A stretch of DNA of 39,190 bases from a bacterium (lineage in GTDB: Bacteria; T1Sed10-126; CAZEBV01): NCBI GenBank assembly GCA_042219765.1, contig JBDGPI010000040.1:53567-92756 (forward strand), read 5' to 3'. The notes below the pieces were generated by a model. That model was not told where the DNA came from. It made no database searches and saw only the letters and a program-made list of their open reading frames with translations. Each line of letters opens with the position of its first letter. Positions within the stretch are counted from its first letter, which is position 1. Made by a program: the position numbers and the translations under genes. Positions 17,118 through 26,591 of this stretch are shown here, in pieces.

Positions 17118-19814
17118 TTAATTCGTTTCCAGGACATTACTCACGGGAAGAGTGAGTTTCACACTGTTCATTCCGTTGGACTGAATTCTTAGGTCACCCT
17201 CCAGCTCGTAAGTTCCGAGGGCCTTTAGTATTTCAAATCCAACCGTATCAACATCCTCCAGACGAAAGTCGTCGGGAAACCCGGGTCCGTTGTCTTTGAC
17301 ACTGAGAACGAGAGTATCCTCCTTGCGCTGACAGGACACGATAAGTTTATTCTCTCGATCCGGTGCAAAAGCATGCTGACAGGCATTCGAGACGAGTTCG
17401 TGGACAATCAATCCACAGGGCACCGCGTATCGCAAAGAGAGTTTGAAGTGGGGGTCCACATCCACCGTCAGGTCAATATTTTTTTCCGGGATCGCATTCA
17501 ATTTTATTAACTCACCGACGAGGTCCCTGACGTACGCGGCAAAGGATAACTCCGCCAGGTTATCGGACTGGTACAGCCTTTCATGAATAGATGCGATTGA
17601 CCGGATACGGTTCTGACACTCTGCAATAAAATCCTCAGTGGACCCCTGGTTCGTGTATTCGTGAAGGCTCATGATGCTGTTGATAACCTGCAGATTATTT
17701 TTTACCCGGTGATGGACTTCTTTAAGCAGTGAGTTACGTTCATCAATGGTCTCTTCCAGTTCCGTCTGGGTCCGTTTTAATTCAGTGATCTCCCGCACCG
17801 TACCGACAATCCGGGTCACCGTACCGTCATCGTCCTTGATCGGGATGCCATCGGATTGAACGTACCGCGAATAGTCATCCGACTCGTTAACGCGATATTC
17901 GAGTGTAAGGGATTCTCCGGCCGCCATTCGTTCCAGAGCTTCTTCGACCATGGGCCGGTCGTCGGGGTGAATCCCCCGCATAAAATCGGTTGGATCCTCC
18001 TCAAGCTTATCGAGGGATTGGCCCCAGATTTCCTCGTACCGGGAGTTGACGTAAAGCATCTCGGACCAGTTGGACTTGTACATGAAGATAACTTCTTCGA
18101 TGTTCTCCGCCATCTGGCGGAAGCGCCGTTCACTTTCCCGGAGGGCTTCCTGAGCCTGCTTTCGTTGCGATATATCCAGACCGACACAGACAATTTCATT
18201 TAATTCCCCTGACTCATCAAAGAGTCCCCTGGCCGAAAAGAGAACAGGGATTTTTTCGTCCGACTGGGTCATGAACGTTTTTTCAATGTTAATGACGGGT
18301 TCACTTTCGGTGATACGCTGGAACTCATGCTCCATCAAATCACCTTCGAGAAGGGCTGAGACTCGCTTGCCCCGTAAGTCAGTTTCCTCGTAACCCAACA
18401 TTTCCAGGATTGAATCATTCAGGAGTGTTATTTGACCAAGCCGGTTCAGGATGAAGAGTCCAGCGGGAACTGTGTCGACAATCTCATGAAGGTGATCGCG
18501 ACTGTAGCGGGTTTCCTTTAATTCCTTCAACGTCTCCTTGAGGTCCATTTCTATGTGTTTTCGGTCGGTTATATCCCGAGCGGAACCGACGAAACGAATA
18601 ACCTCTCCACTGTCGTTCCGAACGGGAAATCCCCTGTCGTGAATCCATCGGATTTCGCCATCGGGCCGTTTTATCCTGTACTCGACGTCAATTTCTTCGT
18701 TGCCCGGTCGGAAGGCGTCCCTGACGGCATCCCGATCACTCTCGTAGATGGCATCAAACCAGAGGTCAGGATTGTCGTAGAAAGCCTCCGGGGGCTGCCC
18801 CCAGATGTCTTCAACCCGGGAATTCAGGAAAAGAATTTCCTCGTTCCGGGCATCGTGTATCCAGAAGATCTCTCCGGTGTGATTGACGAGATAATCAAAC
18901 CGCTGACGGATCGTTTTGTAGTCCTGCTGAATCGTACTCTGTTTCGAAATATCACGGGCGGTCACTACGAAACCATCAAACGCGGACTCGTACTGGCCGG
19001 TACACGATATCGCCAGCGACACCGTACAACCGTCGGCGTCAAGTGCCCGGAAATCTCCCCTCTCGATGACAGAATCTGGATTGGAGGTTACACGATCGAA
19101 GGCTTCCTCGAACTGCTTCCGGTCCTCGGGATGCAGGAGATCGAACAACGATTCCCCGACGAGCGACTCTCGATCGTACCCCAGCAGGTCCTGACCGGCC
19201 GAATTCATTAACTTTACGACACCGTCGTCGTCGATAACGGTGATTAATTCACCGGCACTGTCAAGAATCGCTTCAAGCCGCTCATCACTGAACCCCTCCT
19301 CGTTCGTCGGATTTAATTTATGGGTCCGTTGAATTAAATCCCCCACCTGTCGGGCAATCAACTTCAAATGCTCTTTTTCCTGGTCCGAAAACCTTCTCGG
19401 GTTTACGTCCCTGACCACGAGAACACCAACGGGCCAGCCGTCAACAACAACAGCGCAGACGGCGGTAGCCCGAAAGGCTTTGCCCTCAAGGTTGATCTCA
19501 CTTCCAGGTATACGGTCGTCCGTGCGGGCTTCTTCAACCAGGGTTACGTCATCGTGATTTTCCAGTGCGTCCCGAACCAGCGGTCCGATGCCCTCGTGTC
19601 CTTCAACGTCGACGCCGAAATTCGAAAGATAGTAGGTGTGGTCTTCCTCCACCAGACCGAATTGCACAACTGGAGCGTCAAGCAGGTCCGCCGTGAGTTT
19701 CATTAAGCGGTCGTATTCATCCATTGGAGGGTTGTCAGGAAGGTTTAATTTTCGGAGGAAGCTAAGTCTCCCGGGGTCCTCAACGACGGCTGTTTCAGCC
19801 CGATTTTTTTCCAT
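17118..19814 (-). CDS. Cytoplasmic multi-sensor histidine kinase (GAF, several PAS/PAC repeats, HisKA_2 H-box, HATPase_c)
   Basis: The N-terminus is GAF-like (LTADLLDAPVVQFGLVEED...GVLVVRD). PAS/PAC-like modules repeat (e.g. EYRIKRPDGEIRWIHDRGFPVRND, EYRVNESDDYSRYVQSDGIPIKDDDG). LLKEVHHRVKNNLQVINSIMSLH is the H-box, LIVHELVSNACQHAF the N box, and SVKDNGPGFP the G1 box. ATG 19814 is preceded by AAGGGAG with a 6-nt spacer. Confidence 0.9.
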   Translation of the reverse strand: MEKNRAETAVVEDPGRLSFLRKLNLPDNPPMDEYDRLMKLTADLLDAPVVQFGLVEEDHTYYLSNFGVDVEGHEGIGPLVRDALENHDDVTLVEEARTDDRIPGSEINLEGKAFRATAVCAVVVDGWPVGVLVVRDVNPRRFSDQEKEHLKLIARQVGDLIQRTHKLNPTNEEGFSDERLEAILDSAGELITVIDDDGVVKLMNSAGQDLLGYDRESLVGESLFDLLHPEDRKQFEEAFDRVTSNPDSVIERGDFRALDADGCTVSLAISCTGQYESAFDGFVVTARDISKQSTIQQDYKTIRQRFDYLVNHTGEIFWIHDARNEEILFLNSRVEDIWGQPPEAFYDNPDLWFDAIYESDRDAVRDAFRPGNEEIDVEYRIKRPDGEIRWIHDRGFPVRNDSGEVIRFVGSARDITDRKHIEMDLKETLKELKETRYSRDHLHEIVDTVPAGLFILNRLGQITLLNDSILEMLGYEETDLRGKRVSALLEGDLMEHEFQRITESEPVINIEKTFMTQSDEKIPVLFSARGLFDESGELNEIVCVGLDISQRKQAQEALRESERRFRQMAENIEEVIFMYKSNWSEMLYVNSRYEEIWGQSLDKLEEDPTDFMRGIHPDDRPMVEEALERMAAGESLTLEYRVNESDDYSRYVQSDGIPIKDDDGTVTRIVGTVREITELKRTQTELEETIDERNSLLKEVHHRVKNNLQVINSIMSLHEYTNQGSTEDFIAECQNRIRSIASIHERLYQSDNLAELSFAAYVRDLVGELIKLNAIPEKNIDLTVDVDPHFKLSLRYAVPCGLIVHELVSNACQHAFAPDRENKLIVSCQRKEDTLVLSVKDNGPGFPDDFRLEDVDTVGFEILKALGTYELEGDLRIQSNGMNSVKLTLPVSNVLETN

Positions 19815-20299
19815 CTCTGACTCCCTTAGAGCGGATCGGTTCCCGGATCAGGAACCCACTCTGTTCCCTCGGATTTCCCCTGTAAACAAGTACGAGCCAG
19901 CAAATTTAAACGGCTGAACTATTAGTCGTTCGATACGACCAGGGAACCGTTAGTGAATGGTTCCGTTCACATGATACCAGTGTAAAAACCCCTATAAAAA
20001 GCCCTGTTCGGGGTATCTGACAACTGATAAATGATAACTTAGGGATCAAGTTAATCCTACCGAAGGACATCGACGCACCCCCCTTCAAAAAAAGACTATC
20101 GATAAATTCAGACGCATGTTTATCCGGACGGACCGAACCCCACGCTTTCCCGGGAGGAAACTCACTCATACCTCCGGAGGTAAACTGACGTCGTCCGGAG
20201 GGAAGTAACGAACCTCAAGTTTTTATCCATTGACTTTTACCCGACCAACCCAGCCGGACAGGTCAACACGAAAAAACCCCCCCGATTATAGTTGAATAA

Positions 20300-20323
20300 T
20301 TGATCAATTGTTCAATTGATCAA
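20300..20323. repeat. Perfect 11-bp inverted repeat TTGATCAATTG-tt-CAATTGATCAA (two copies of the palindrome TTGATCAA, each containing GATC). Candidate operator.
   Basis: Read directly from the sequence. The arms are 20300..20310 and 20313..20323. It lies in the 860-nt divergent intergenic region between the PAS kinase gene and the MBL-hydrolase gene, and is preceded by an A6C7 tract (20271..20283). Confidence 0.6.
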
Positions 20324-20675
20324 ATGTCAGTTTTTTCGATGCTCTACCCTTCGATTCGTGGAGGATCTTATTTCGGCAAGATGTATTTGTTGGCGAGCAA
20401 ATTATTTCTACGGTCCCGAGATTGGATGTTATTGGGTCCAGACTTACCCCCGGAAATTACCAAACCCTTGCCACCGGTCCAGATGGGAGCACTCCAGAAC
20501 CATCCGTGGTGAATCCCCACGGATACGTTCCGCAAGTCGAACCTCTAATCCAAATTTTCCACTCGGTCTCCGACGGAGACCCGTCCAAAAAATTATGCCT
20601 ATCCGGAGTTTGTAGGATACAATTCTAAAACTCACCGATTACATCCTGTAACAACTATTTCTATCTTGGGACTGT

Positions 20676-21680
20676 ATGCCAATGGGTCCGGACTACGTTG
20701 ATCGTATACCGCTCGACATGGAGTGGCAGTACGAGGATGCCAATGTGTACCTAATTCGCTCGGACAGTGGCAACTGGCTCATAGACGCCGGTGAGATTTA
20801 TAACACTAATTTTCAATTTCTAACCGATGAACTCAAAGACCGGGGACTATCCTGGAACAAGATAGACGGTGTCTGTGTCACACACCTTCACCCGGACCAC
20901 GCTGGTCTCTGTTTTGACATGCTGGAAGCAAACCCTGATCTTCAGGTATTGATCCCTCCCGGCCCAGCCATGGACCAGCGCACACGTGATCGCACCCAGG
21001 AGTGGCTTAATCGAGTTGGTATGCCCGAGGATTTTCACGAATACATCCTTAACGACATTACAAGCCATAAATACGTGGACTTCATGGGAAGATTAAAAGA
21101 CACCGCGAAGTTCCTGGAAACCGGGCAGACGTTGACTCTCGGTGATTATCAATGCGACGTTATCAAAGCACACGGCCATACCCCCAACCAGGTCGTTTTC
21201 TACCTGCCCGAGGACGAACTCCTCTTTTCCGGGGATCACGTGCTCATGAATGAAACGCCGAACGTCAGTCTTTTCCCCGAGTACCTCGGTGGCAACCCCC
21301 TGAAGGACTTCCACGATAGCCTGGAATCCCTCCTCGATTTGGAGATATCAATGGTGTATCCCGGACATGGTGTGCCGTTCGAGAATGGATTATCCCGAAT
21401 TCAGGAACTACTCGACCATCACGAGGAGCGCCTTGAGCACTGCCGGCAAGCCATGCGAAAGGGCCCGGTAACAGCGTTTGACGTTGTCCAGGAAATTCCC
21501 TGGGGGAGTGGAGATTTCGATGAACTCGACGAAATTCATCAATTCCTCGCCCTGGGAGAAACGATGTCACACCTCATCTACCTTACCGAAGCAGATAACG
21601 TTCACCGAAACCGCGAAGACAAAGAGGATTACTTCAAACTGAGTTCCGACTCCAGAACGTCCCGCAGTGGGTCAATCTGA
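20676..21680 (+). CDS. MBL-fold metallo-hydrolase
   Basis: VCVTHLHPDHAG is the HxHxDH motif. Later His/Asp ligands appear in KAHGHTPNQ, FSGDHVL and YPGHG. The C-terminal helical segment LLDHHEERLE is common in this family. Confidence 0.8.
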   Translation: MPMGPDYVDRIPLDMEWQYEDANVYLIRSDSGNWLIDAGEIYNTNFQFLTDELKDRGLSWNKIDGVCVTHLHPDHAGLCFDMLEANPDLQVLIPPGPAMDQRTRDRTQEWLNRVGMPEDFHEYILNDITSHKYVDFMGRLKDTAKFLETGQTLTLGDYQCDVIKAHGHTPNQVVFYLPEDELLFSGDHVLMNETPNVSLFPEYLGGNPLKDFHDSLESLLDLEISMVYPGHGVPFENGLSRIQELLDHHEERLEHCRQAMRKGPVTAFDVVQEIPWGSGDFDELDEIHQFLALGETMSHLIYLTEADNVHRNREDKEDYFKLSSDSRTSRSGSI

Positions 21681-22410
21681 AGCAAGAACTATTTTCAAAA
21701 TCGATTCATCCATACAACCGGTGATATCATTCGTGACTGAAACAAAATTATTCGATTCGTACGCGGAGAATTACGACGGCTACCGACGGGATATGATACC
21801 GGGGTTTGAGGATTTTTACGGTATCATGCTCGAACGAGCGAAGAACCGAGAACTGACTGCTCCCGACGTAATTGACCTCGGTGCTGGTACGGGTTTAAGC
21901 ACAAGCTTACTTCAGGATGCTTTTTCCGATGCATCGGTCACCTTGCTCGATTCGTCGGAGGAAATGCTCAATAAAGCTCGTAATCGGTTCGAGAACAGCA
22001 ATTATGAATTCCTTCAAGAAGACCTCCGGGACGTTGAACTTCAAAAAGACCAATTTGACATCGTGCTTTCGGCCCTCGTTTTCCACTACATCGAGGATTC
22101 CGACAAGAAACGTCTTTTTCGGACCGTCCACCGTGGATTGAAACCGGGCGGAGTCTTCACCTTCGGAACGGTCCTGAAAGCCTCGGATTCGGATGTACGT
22201 GAGGAGTATCGGAAAAATTGGCTTCAGTACTCACGGAAAAACGATGTGCCGGAGGCAGTTATTGAAGACGCCCTGGAGAGGGTAGCAAAACACAAACGAG
22301 CTACGCTCAACGAACACATTAACTGGCTGAAGGCCGCCGGTTTCAACTGTGTCGATTGCTGGTACAAAAATTATGGATTGGCCGTGTTCTCGGGTAAGAA
22401 GTCCGACTAA
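21667..22410 (+). CDS. Class I SAM-dependent methyltransferase
   Basis: FDSYAENYDGYRRDMIPGFEDFY and VIDLGAGTGLSTSLL (motif I), plus LKPGGVF (post-II). The listed GTG start overlaps the upstream MBL gene by 14 nt. Alternative GTG starts lie at 21721 and 21733. Confidence 0.8.
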   Translation: MGQSEARTIFKIDSSIQPVISFVTETKLFDSYAENYDGYRRDMIPGFEDFYGIMLERAKNRELTAPDVIDLGAGTGLSTSLLQDAFSDASVTLLDSSEEMLNKARNRFENSNYEFLQEDLRDVELQKDQFDIVLSALVFHYIEDSDKKRLFRTVHRGLKPGGVFTFGTVLKASDSDVREEYRKNWLQYSRKNDVPEAVIEDALERVAKHKRATLNEHINWLKAAGFNCVDCWYKNYGLAVFSGKKSD

Positions 22411-22545
22411 TTTCTTTTAATTCGGTACACTTGATGACCGGTCAGGCAGCGACCAATTGAGTTGGCATTTTTGTAATTGAGTAAACATGCCGGCTTACCG
22501 TAAATAGTTCATCGCCGACCTGGGGTTCCGGGAAGTTACGAAACA

Positions 22546-23910
22546 ATGCCTCACCGATTCGGAACAATCTTTCTTCACCTGGCACTATCAGTAGTAATCA
22601 TGGTTTCAACACCCACCGGAGAAGTCAAAGCATTAATTGCCAGGGGACAAGAACCGGAAAAAATTCCAGTAAAACAGCTCACTGACACGTTCAAATCAGT
22701 CTTGAAGAAGGATTCCGGTAACGCCCGGGCCCATTACCGTCTTGGTCGGACTCACTATTTCGCCTATTACCTTGAGTCCAGAAAAATATACGGACTTGCA
22801 CCTGACAACGACGACTCGGATACCGGGCTACCGGCAATCTCCGATTTCCGACGGATTATGGACCGCAACCGTATGTTTGAATTCACCAACAAAAGATCGT
22901 TACCCGACACAGAGGCCCTTAATCACCTGAGAAACGGAATCAAGCATCACCGAAAAGCGCTTCAAATTAAGAAGAACCCGCTCTATCACCTGGGATTGGC
23001 CAGTCTACTCGATCAGGGAAGTCGTGACGCCGGTCGAATTAGTGAGAGTCTACTGCCGGACGTTCCGTCACAGGTCACCTCCGAACTCTTAGAAGATCCT
23101 TCCACCCTCCAGGCCCGGTGGTTAGGACTTGCACTTCTACACTACTGGAAAGCGTTCAACGGTTCCATACAGAAGGACCTTGCAAGGGTGAGTATTCCCT
23201 ATCAAATTTCTCACACAATCAGCCATGAAGCCGGTAAAAACTATCAGCATCTCCTGAAGTCCCTGAATCCTGATCGGGAAAACTCACTATTCTGGGCACT
23301 GGACGGATGGTCCATTGGCTGGCTTGCCCGGGTCGTCGGTGCCGGGGACCGCTGGGATCAACGCTACTTCGAAATTGAGCGTAAATTAAATGATATGCAG
23401 GAAAAAGTCCGTGGCGTTGTCACACCAATAATATTTTCCCGGAAACCGACTTCCTCCTGGCGATCGTTAATAGACTCGAAATCAACCGTTAAATTTGACC
23501 TGACCGGCACGGGCAAAGCCAGACGCTGGGAGTGGGTTAAACCGACCACTGGTTTCCTGGTCTGGACCCCGGAACACCCGGCGACCATCACAAGCGGCAG
23601 GCAACTCTTCGGATCAGTAACCTGGTGGATGTTCTGGGAGCACGGTTACGAACCCCTTGCCAGTCTGGACCGGGACAACAGCGGATGGCTGCGTGATGAG
23701 GAACTCCAAAATATTTCTGCCTGGTTCGATCGAAATCAGAACGGCAGAACCGATGCGGGCGAGGTGCTCAGTTTGCGAAAAATTGGGGTCGAAGCTCTTG
23801 CAGTCGAGCCTACGGGCCGTGAGGGAACTACTCTCAAGGCCAGCCCGGGAATTATCCTCGAAGACGGACTACGACTTCCGACCTGGGACTGGAAAGCAAA
23901 ACCTGAATGA
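22546..23910 (+). CDS. Secreted hypothetical protein with two C-terminal EF-hand-like calcium-binding loops
   Basis: The N-terminus is hydrophobic and signal-like (FGTIFLHLALSVVIMVSTPTGEVKA). DRDNSGWLRDEE and DRNQNGRTDAGE both fit the 12-residue EF-hand loop pattern (D-x-[DN]-x-[SN]-G-...-E). Confidence 0.6.
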   Translation: MPHRFGTIFLHLALSVVIMVSTPTGEVKALIARGQEPEKIPVKQLTDTFKSVLKKDSGNARAHYRLGRTHYFAYYLESRKIYGLAPDNDDSDTGLPAISDFRRIMDRNRMFEFTNKRSLPDTEALNHLRNGIKHHRKALQIKKNPLYHLGLASLLDQGSRDAGRISESLLPDVPSQVTSELLEDPSTLQARWLGLALLHYWKAFNGSIQKDLARVSIPYQISHTISHEAGKNYQHLLKSLNPDRENSLFWALDGWSIGWLARVVGAGDRWDQRYFEIERKLNDMQEKVRGVVTPIIFSRKPTSSWRSLIDSKSTVKFDLTGTGKARRWEWVKPTTGFLVWTPEHPATITSGRQLFGSVTWWMFWEHGYEPLASLDRDNSGWLRDEELQNISAWFDRNQNGRTDAGEVLSLRKIGVEALAVEPTGREGTTLKASPGIILEDGLRLPTWDWKAKPE

Positions 23911-24093
23911 GATCATCCATCAAACTGACGGCATTTTCACTGGGATTCATCCGAAGCGCCAATCGATGTCCTCGTGTCAGGGAAACACCGGAAACGTCAC
24001 TTACTTCAAATTCCAAAGCACTGGCCGGTCAGTGTCATCACCTCAAACCCAGCACTAAGAGAAACCAGAAGACTTATCGTGGGTAGAAGCACC

Positions 24094-26022
24094 TTACAGT
24101 CCCCAGAAATACTGAATGCCAAGTGACGTCACAACCGTCAATAGGATCTGAAGGGGGGCACCGGCAATGGCGTAGTCCCGGAACTTGTACCCCCCTGGAC
24201 CCATAACCATCAGGTTCGTCTGGTAGCCAACGGGAGACATAAATGCCGTACTGGCGGCAAACGTTACTGCCAGTACGAAGGAAAATGGATTCAGACCCAG
24301 CTGCTGAGCCGCGTCCACGGCAACCGGAATCATTAGCACCACGCTTGCGTTATTACTGATGATGTTCGTCAGAACAGCGGTCATTAAGTAAAACATTCCC
24401 AGCATCGCCACGGCGGGGAGAAACGAATCGCCAAGTTTAATCACCTGCTGGGCAAGCCACTGAGCCGTCCCGGTCTGCTGCATGGATGTGCCCAGTGGAA
24501 TCAACCCTGCCAGTAAGAAAATTACCTCCCAGTCGATCGCTTCGTATATTTCATTCGGTCGCACACAACCCGTACTCACCATACCAAGCACCCCGGCAAT
24601 GGCTGCCGGAATAATATCCAGGAGGCCAAACGCTACCGCACCTATAAAGGCAAGCAATATTCCCAGTGCCACGGGCATGAGTGATCGACGGAAATCGCCT
24701 GCGTCAAGTTTTTTCGAAACGATAAAGTTCGAGTTATTACGCAGGCGTTCTTCGGTTCGTTCCGTTGACAGCAGAAGCAAGACGTCACCAGCCTGCAGCA
24801 CGAGATCCTTCATGCCGCTGTGGGTCAACTCCCCGCCACGGCGTATGGCAAGGACGGTGGCATCGTAACGGTCGAGGAAGTTGATGTCTTTAAGGGATTC
24901 ACCTTCCGCAAACGAACCCTGCGTAATCACTGTTTCAATTAGCACCTGCCCCTTCACCGGTTCCTCGAGTTGCTTCTGGGTAACTTCAATTTCAGGCAAA
25001 AATCGTAGTCCCTCCGTTTGAAGAACCCGCATGAGGGTCTCCCGGCTCGACTGAATGATCAGGTGATCACCCACCTCTATTTTTTGTTCCTCAAGGGGTT
25101 CCATAAATTGCTCGCCGTTGCGGACGACTTGCACAATTTCGAAATCAAGGGAGGAATCCTCCTGAATGTCACCGATCGTCTGACCGACAAAAGGGGATCC
25201 TTCTTCGACGACCACTTCCGTTAGAAAGTCGGCCATTTCGTATTCCTCGGTTATTTCTTCGTCAATGTCGATCCGTTCGGGAATAAGAAACCGGCCGACC
25301 GTTACCAGATAAATAAAGCCCGTGATCAGAACGATAATTCCCAGTTCGGTAAACTCGAACATGGAAAAAGGATGGTTCAGCAGTTTGCTCGATATTTCAC
25401 TGGCCAGAATATTGGTGGAAGTACCGATAAGCGTCAGGGTCCCTCCAAGCATCGATGCATAGGACAATGGGATCATGAGTTTGGAGGGGGACGTGCGAGC
25501 GGCACGGGCCAGTCGTGAGACCATAGGAATGAAAATCGCAACAACGGAAGTATTGTTGAGAAAACCCGCCACGGGACCGGTAAGACCGGATATCAAACTC
25601 AACTGACGGGTTTCTCCCCCCTTGAAGTACTTGGAAAGCATGTCCCCCAGCAACTGGATGGCCCCGGTACGCCGCACGGCATCACTAACAACATACAGTA
25701 AAAGGACTGTTATCGTGGCCGTGCTCGAAAATCCGGAAAGCCCTTCCTCTCGAGAAATCATTGTCCAGGGTTCCAGCACCATCAGAGTGAATGGTATTGA
25801 AAGCGAAATTAAATCCAGTCGGATTGGTTCCCAGATAAAAAGGCACATGTAGCCAAAAATTAGTCCAAGTAAAACTCCCATTTTTGGGGTGAAACTTACT
25901 TTATCGGGCATGGTTCCCCCTTCCACGGCTTTAGCGTACACTTCCGCCCCCAGGGGCAGGACGGCGAGTAAAATTGAGAATATCAACAGCAACGTTGTTC
26001 GCTTCAGCGCACGGTCCCACAT
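24094..26022 (-). CDS. SLC13/DASS-family anion permease with two central TrkA-C (RCK C-terminal) domains
   Basis: Two multi-helix hydrophobic halves flank a soluble ~200-aa insert with a duplicated pattern (VVEEGSPFVGQTIGDI...GDHLIIQSS and VITQGSFAEGESLKDI...GDVLLLLST), typical of TrkA-C pairs. ATG at 26022. Confidence 0.85.
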   Translation of the reverse strand: MWDRALKRTTLLLIFSILLAVLPLGAEVYAKAVEGGTMPDKVSFTPKMGVLLGLIFGYMCLFIWEPIRLDLISLSIPFTLMVLEPWTMISREEGLSGFSSTATITVLLLYVVSDAVRRTGAIQLLGDMLSKYFKGGETRQLSLISGLTGPVAGFLNNTSVVAIFIPMVSRLARAARTSPSKLMIPLSYASMLGGTLTLIGTSTNILASEISSKLLNHPFSMFEFTELGIIVLITGFIYLVTVGRFLIPERIDIDEEITEEYEMADFLTEVVVEEGSPFVGQTIGDIQEDSSLDFEIVQVVRNGEQFMEPLEEQKIEVGDHLIIQSSRETLMRVLQTEGLRFLPEIEVTQKQLEEPVKGQVLIETVITQGSFAEGESLKDINFLDRYDATVLAIRRGGELTHSGMKDLVLQAGDVLLLLSTERTEERLRNNSNFIVSKKLDAGDFRRSLMPVALGILLAFIGAVAFGLLDIIPAAIAGVLGMVSTGCVRPNEIYEAIDWEVIFLLAGLIPLGTSMQQTGTAQWLAQQVIKLGDSFLPAVAMLGMFYLMTAVLTNIISNNASVVLMIPVAVDAAQQLGLNPFSFVLAVTFAASTAFMSPVGYQTNLMVMGPGGYKFRDYAIAGAPLQILLTVVTSLGIQYFWGL

Positions 26023-26591
26023 GATGCAAGATCACTCCGTTAATACAGATCGTAACAACCTGATCACCTGATTCTGCTCCTAATGAAACCCTTCATTTAT
26101 CACGGCCCCGAGGGCTGAATCGGTCGACCGACACAGCCTCTGACCGGCTCTTTTAGGGTTGGGTCTCGGATCGATAAATCAAATTTCCTACAACATTCGG
26201 GAGGAATTGCAAAAAGCCGGCACAAAACTGACTGAGGATGAGTTCACGGATTGGTGTATTTCACCATCTATCCGTTCACAGGAAGAATTTCATTAAAGTG
26301 AAAACAAGCAACCTCACGTAATTATTCCATCTCCCGAATTAGAAACTCCAGGAGGTTTGAGCGGTTAAAAATTCAAACAAGGCTACGCTGAAGCCTACCT
26401 GGTTGACATTCCCGTGTCCTAAAAGGGGGCAGCCTGGCATTAAACGGTTTGAAAACTCGATCACGATTCAGTGTTATTTCACCAAATATCCCGATTAAAA
26501 ATTTCGCTCTCTTACCCGCGGGAGCTCTGTTTTACAACAGCGGTTCGGGTTGCTTGGTTATAATTTAAACCCCATCAAGGTCAGACCAGGG

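Noticed and set aside
20350-20357. TTCGATTC, a tRNA T-loop-like sequence
   Set aside because: The flanking bases (taccc / gtgga) cannot form a T-stem, and no acceptor or anticodon arms can be drawn. I found no tRNA here or in any other intergenic region.
19906-20635. Short ORFs in the long intergenic region (19906..20169 minus; 20300..20512, 20316..20615 and 20422..20628 plus; 20444..20635 minus)
   Set aside because: They overlap one another, and they are basic and Cys/Arg/Pro-rich, unlike the acidic proteins of neighbouring genes. They have no RBS and no recognisable motif. The region is treated as non-coding with structured elements.
26159-26296. A 45-codon ORF (TTG start) in the 570-nt gap upstream of the exonuclease/GIY-YIG gene. 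It encodes ...IREELQKAGTKLTEDEFTDWCISPSIRSQEEFH.
   Set aside because: The composition is protein-like, but it is very short, has no RBS and a non-ATG start, and shows no motif. That is not enough to call a gene. It is worth a tblastn check only.
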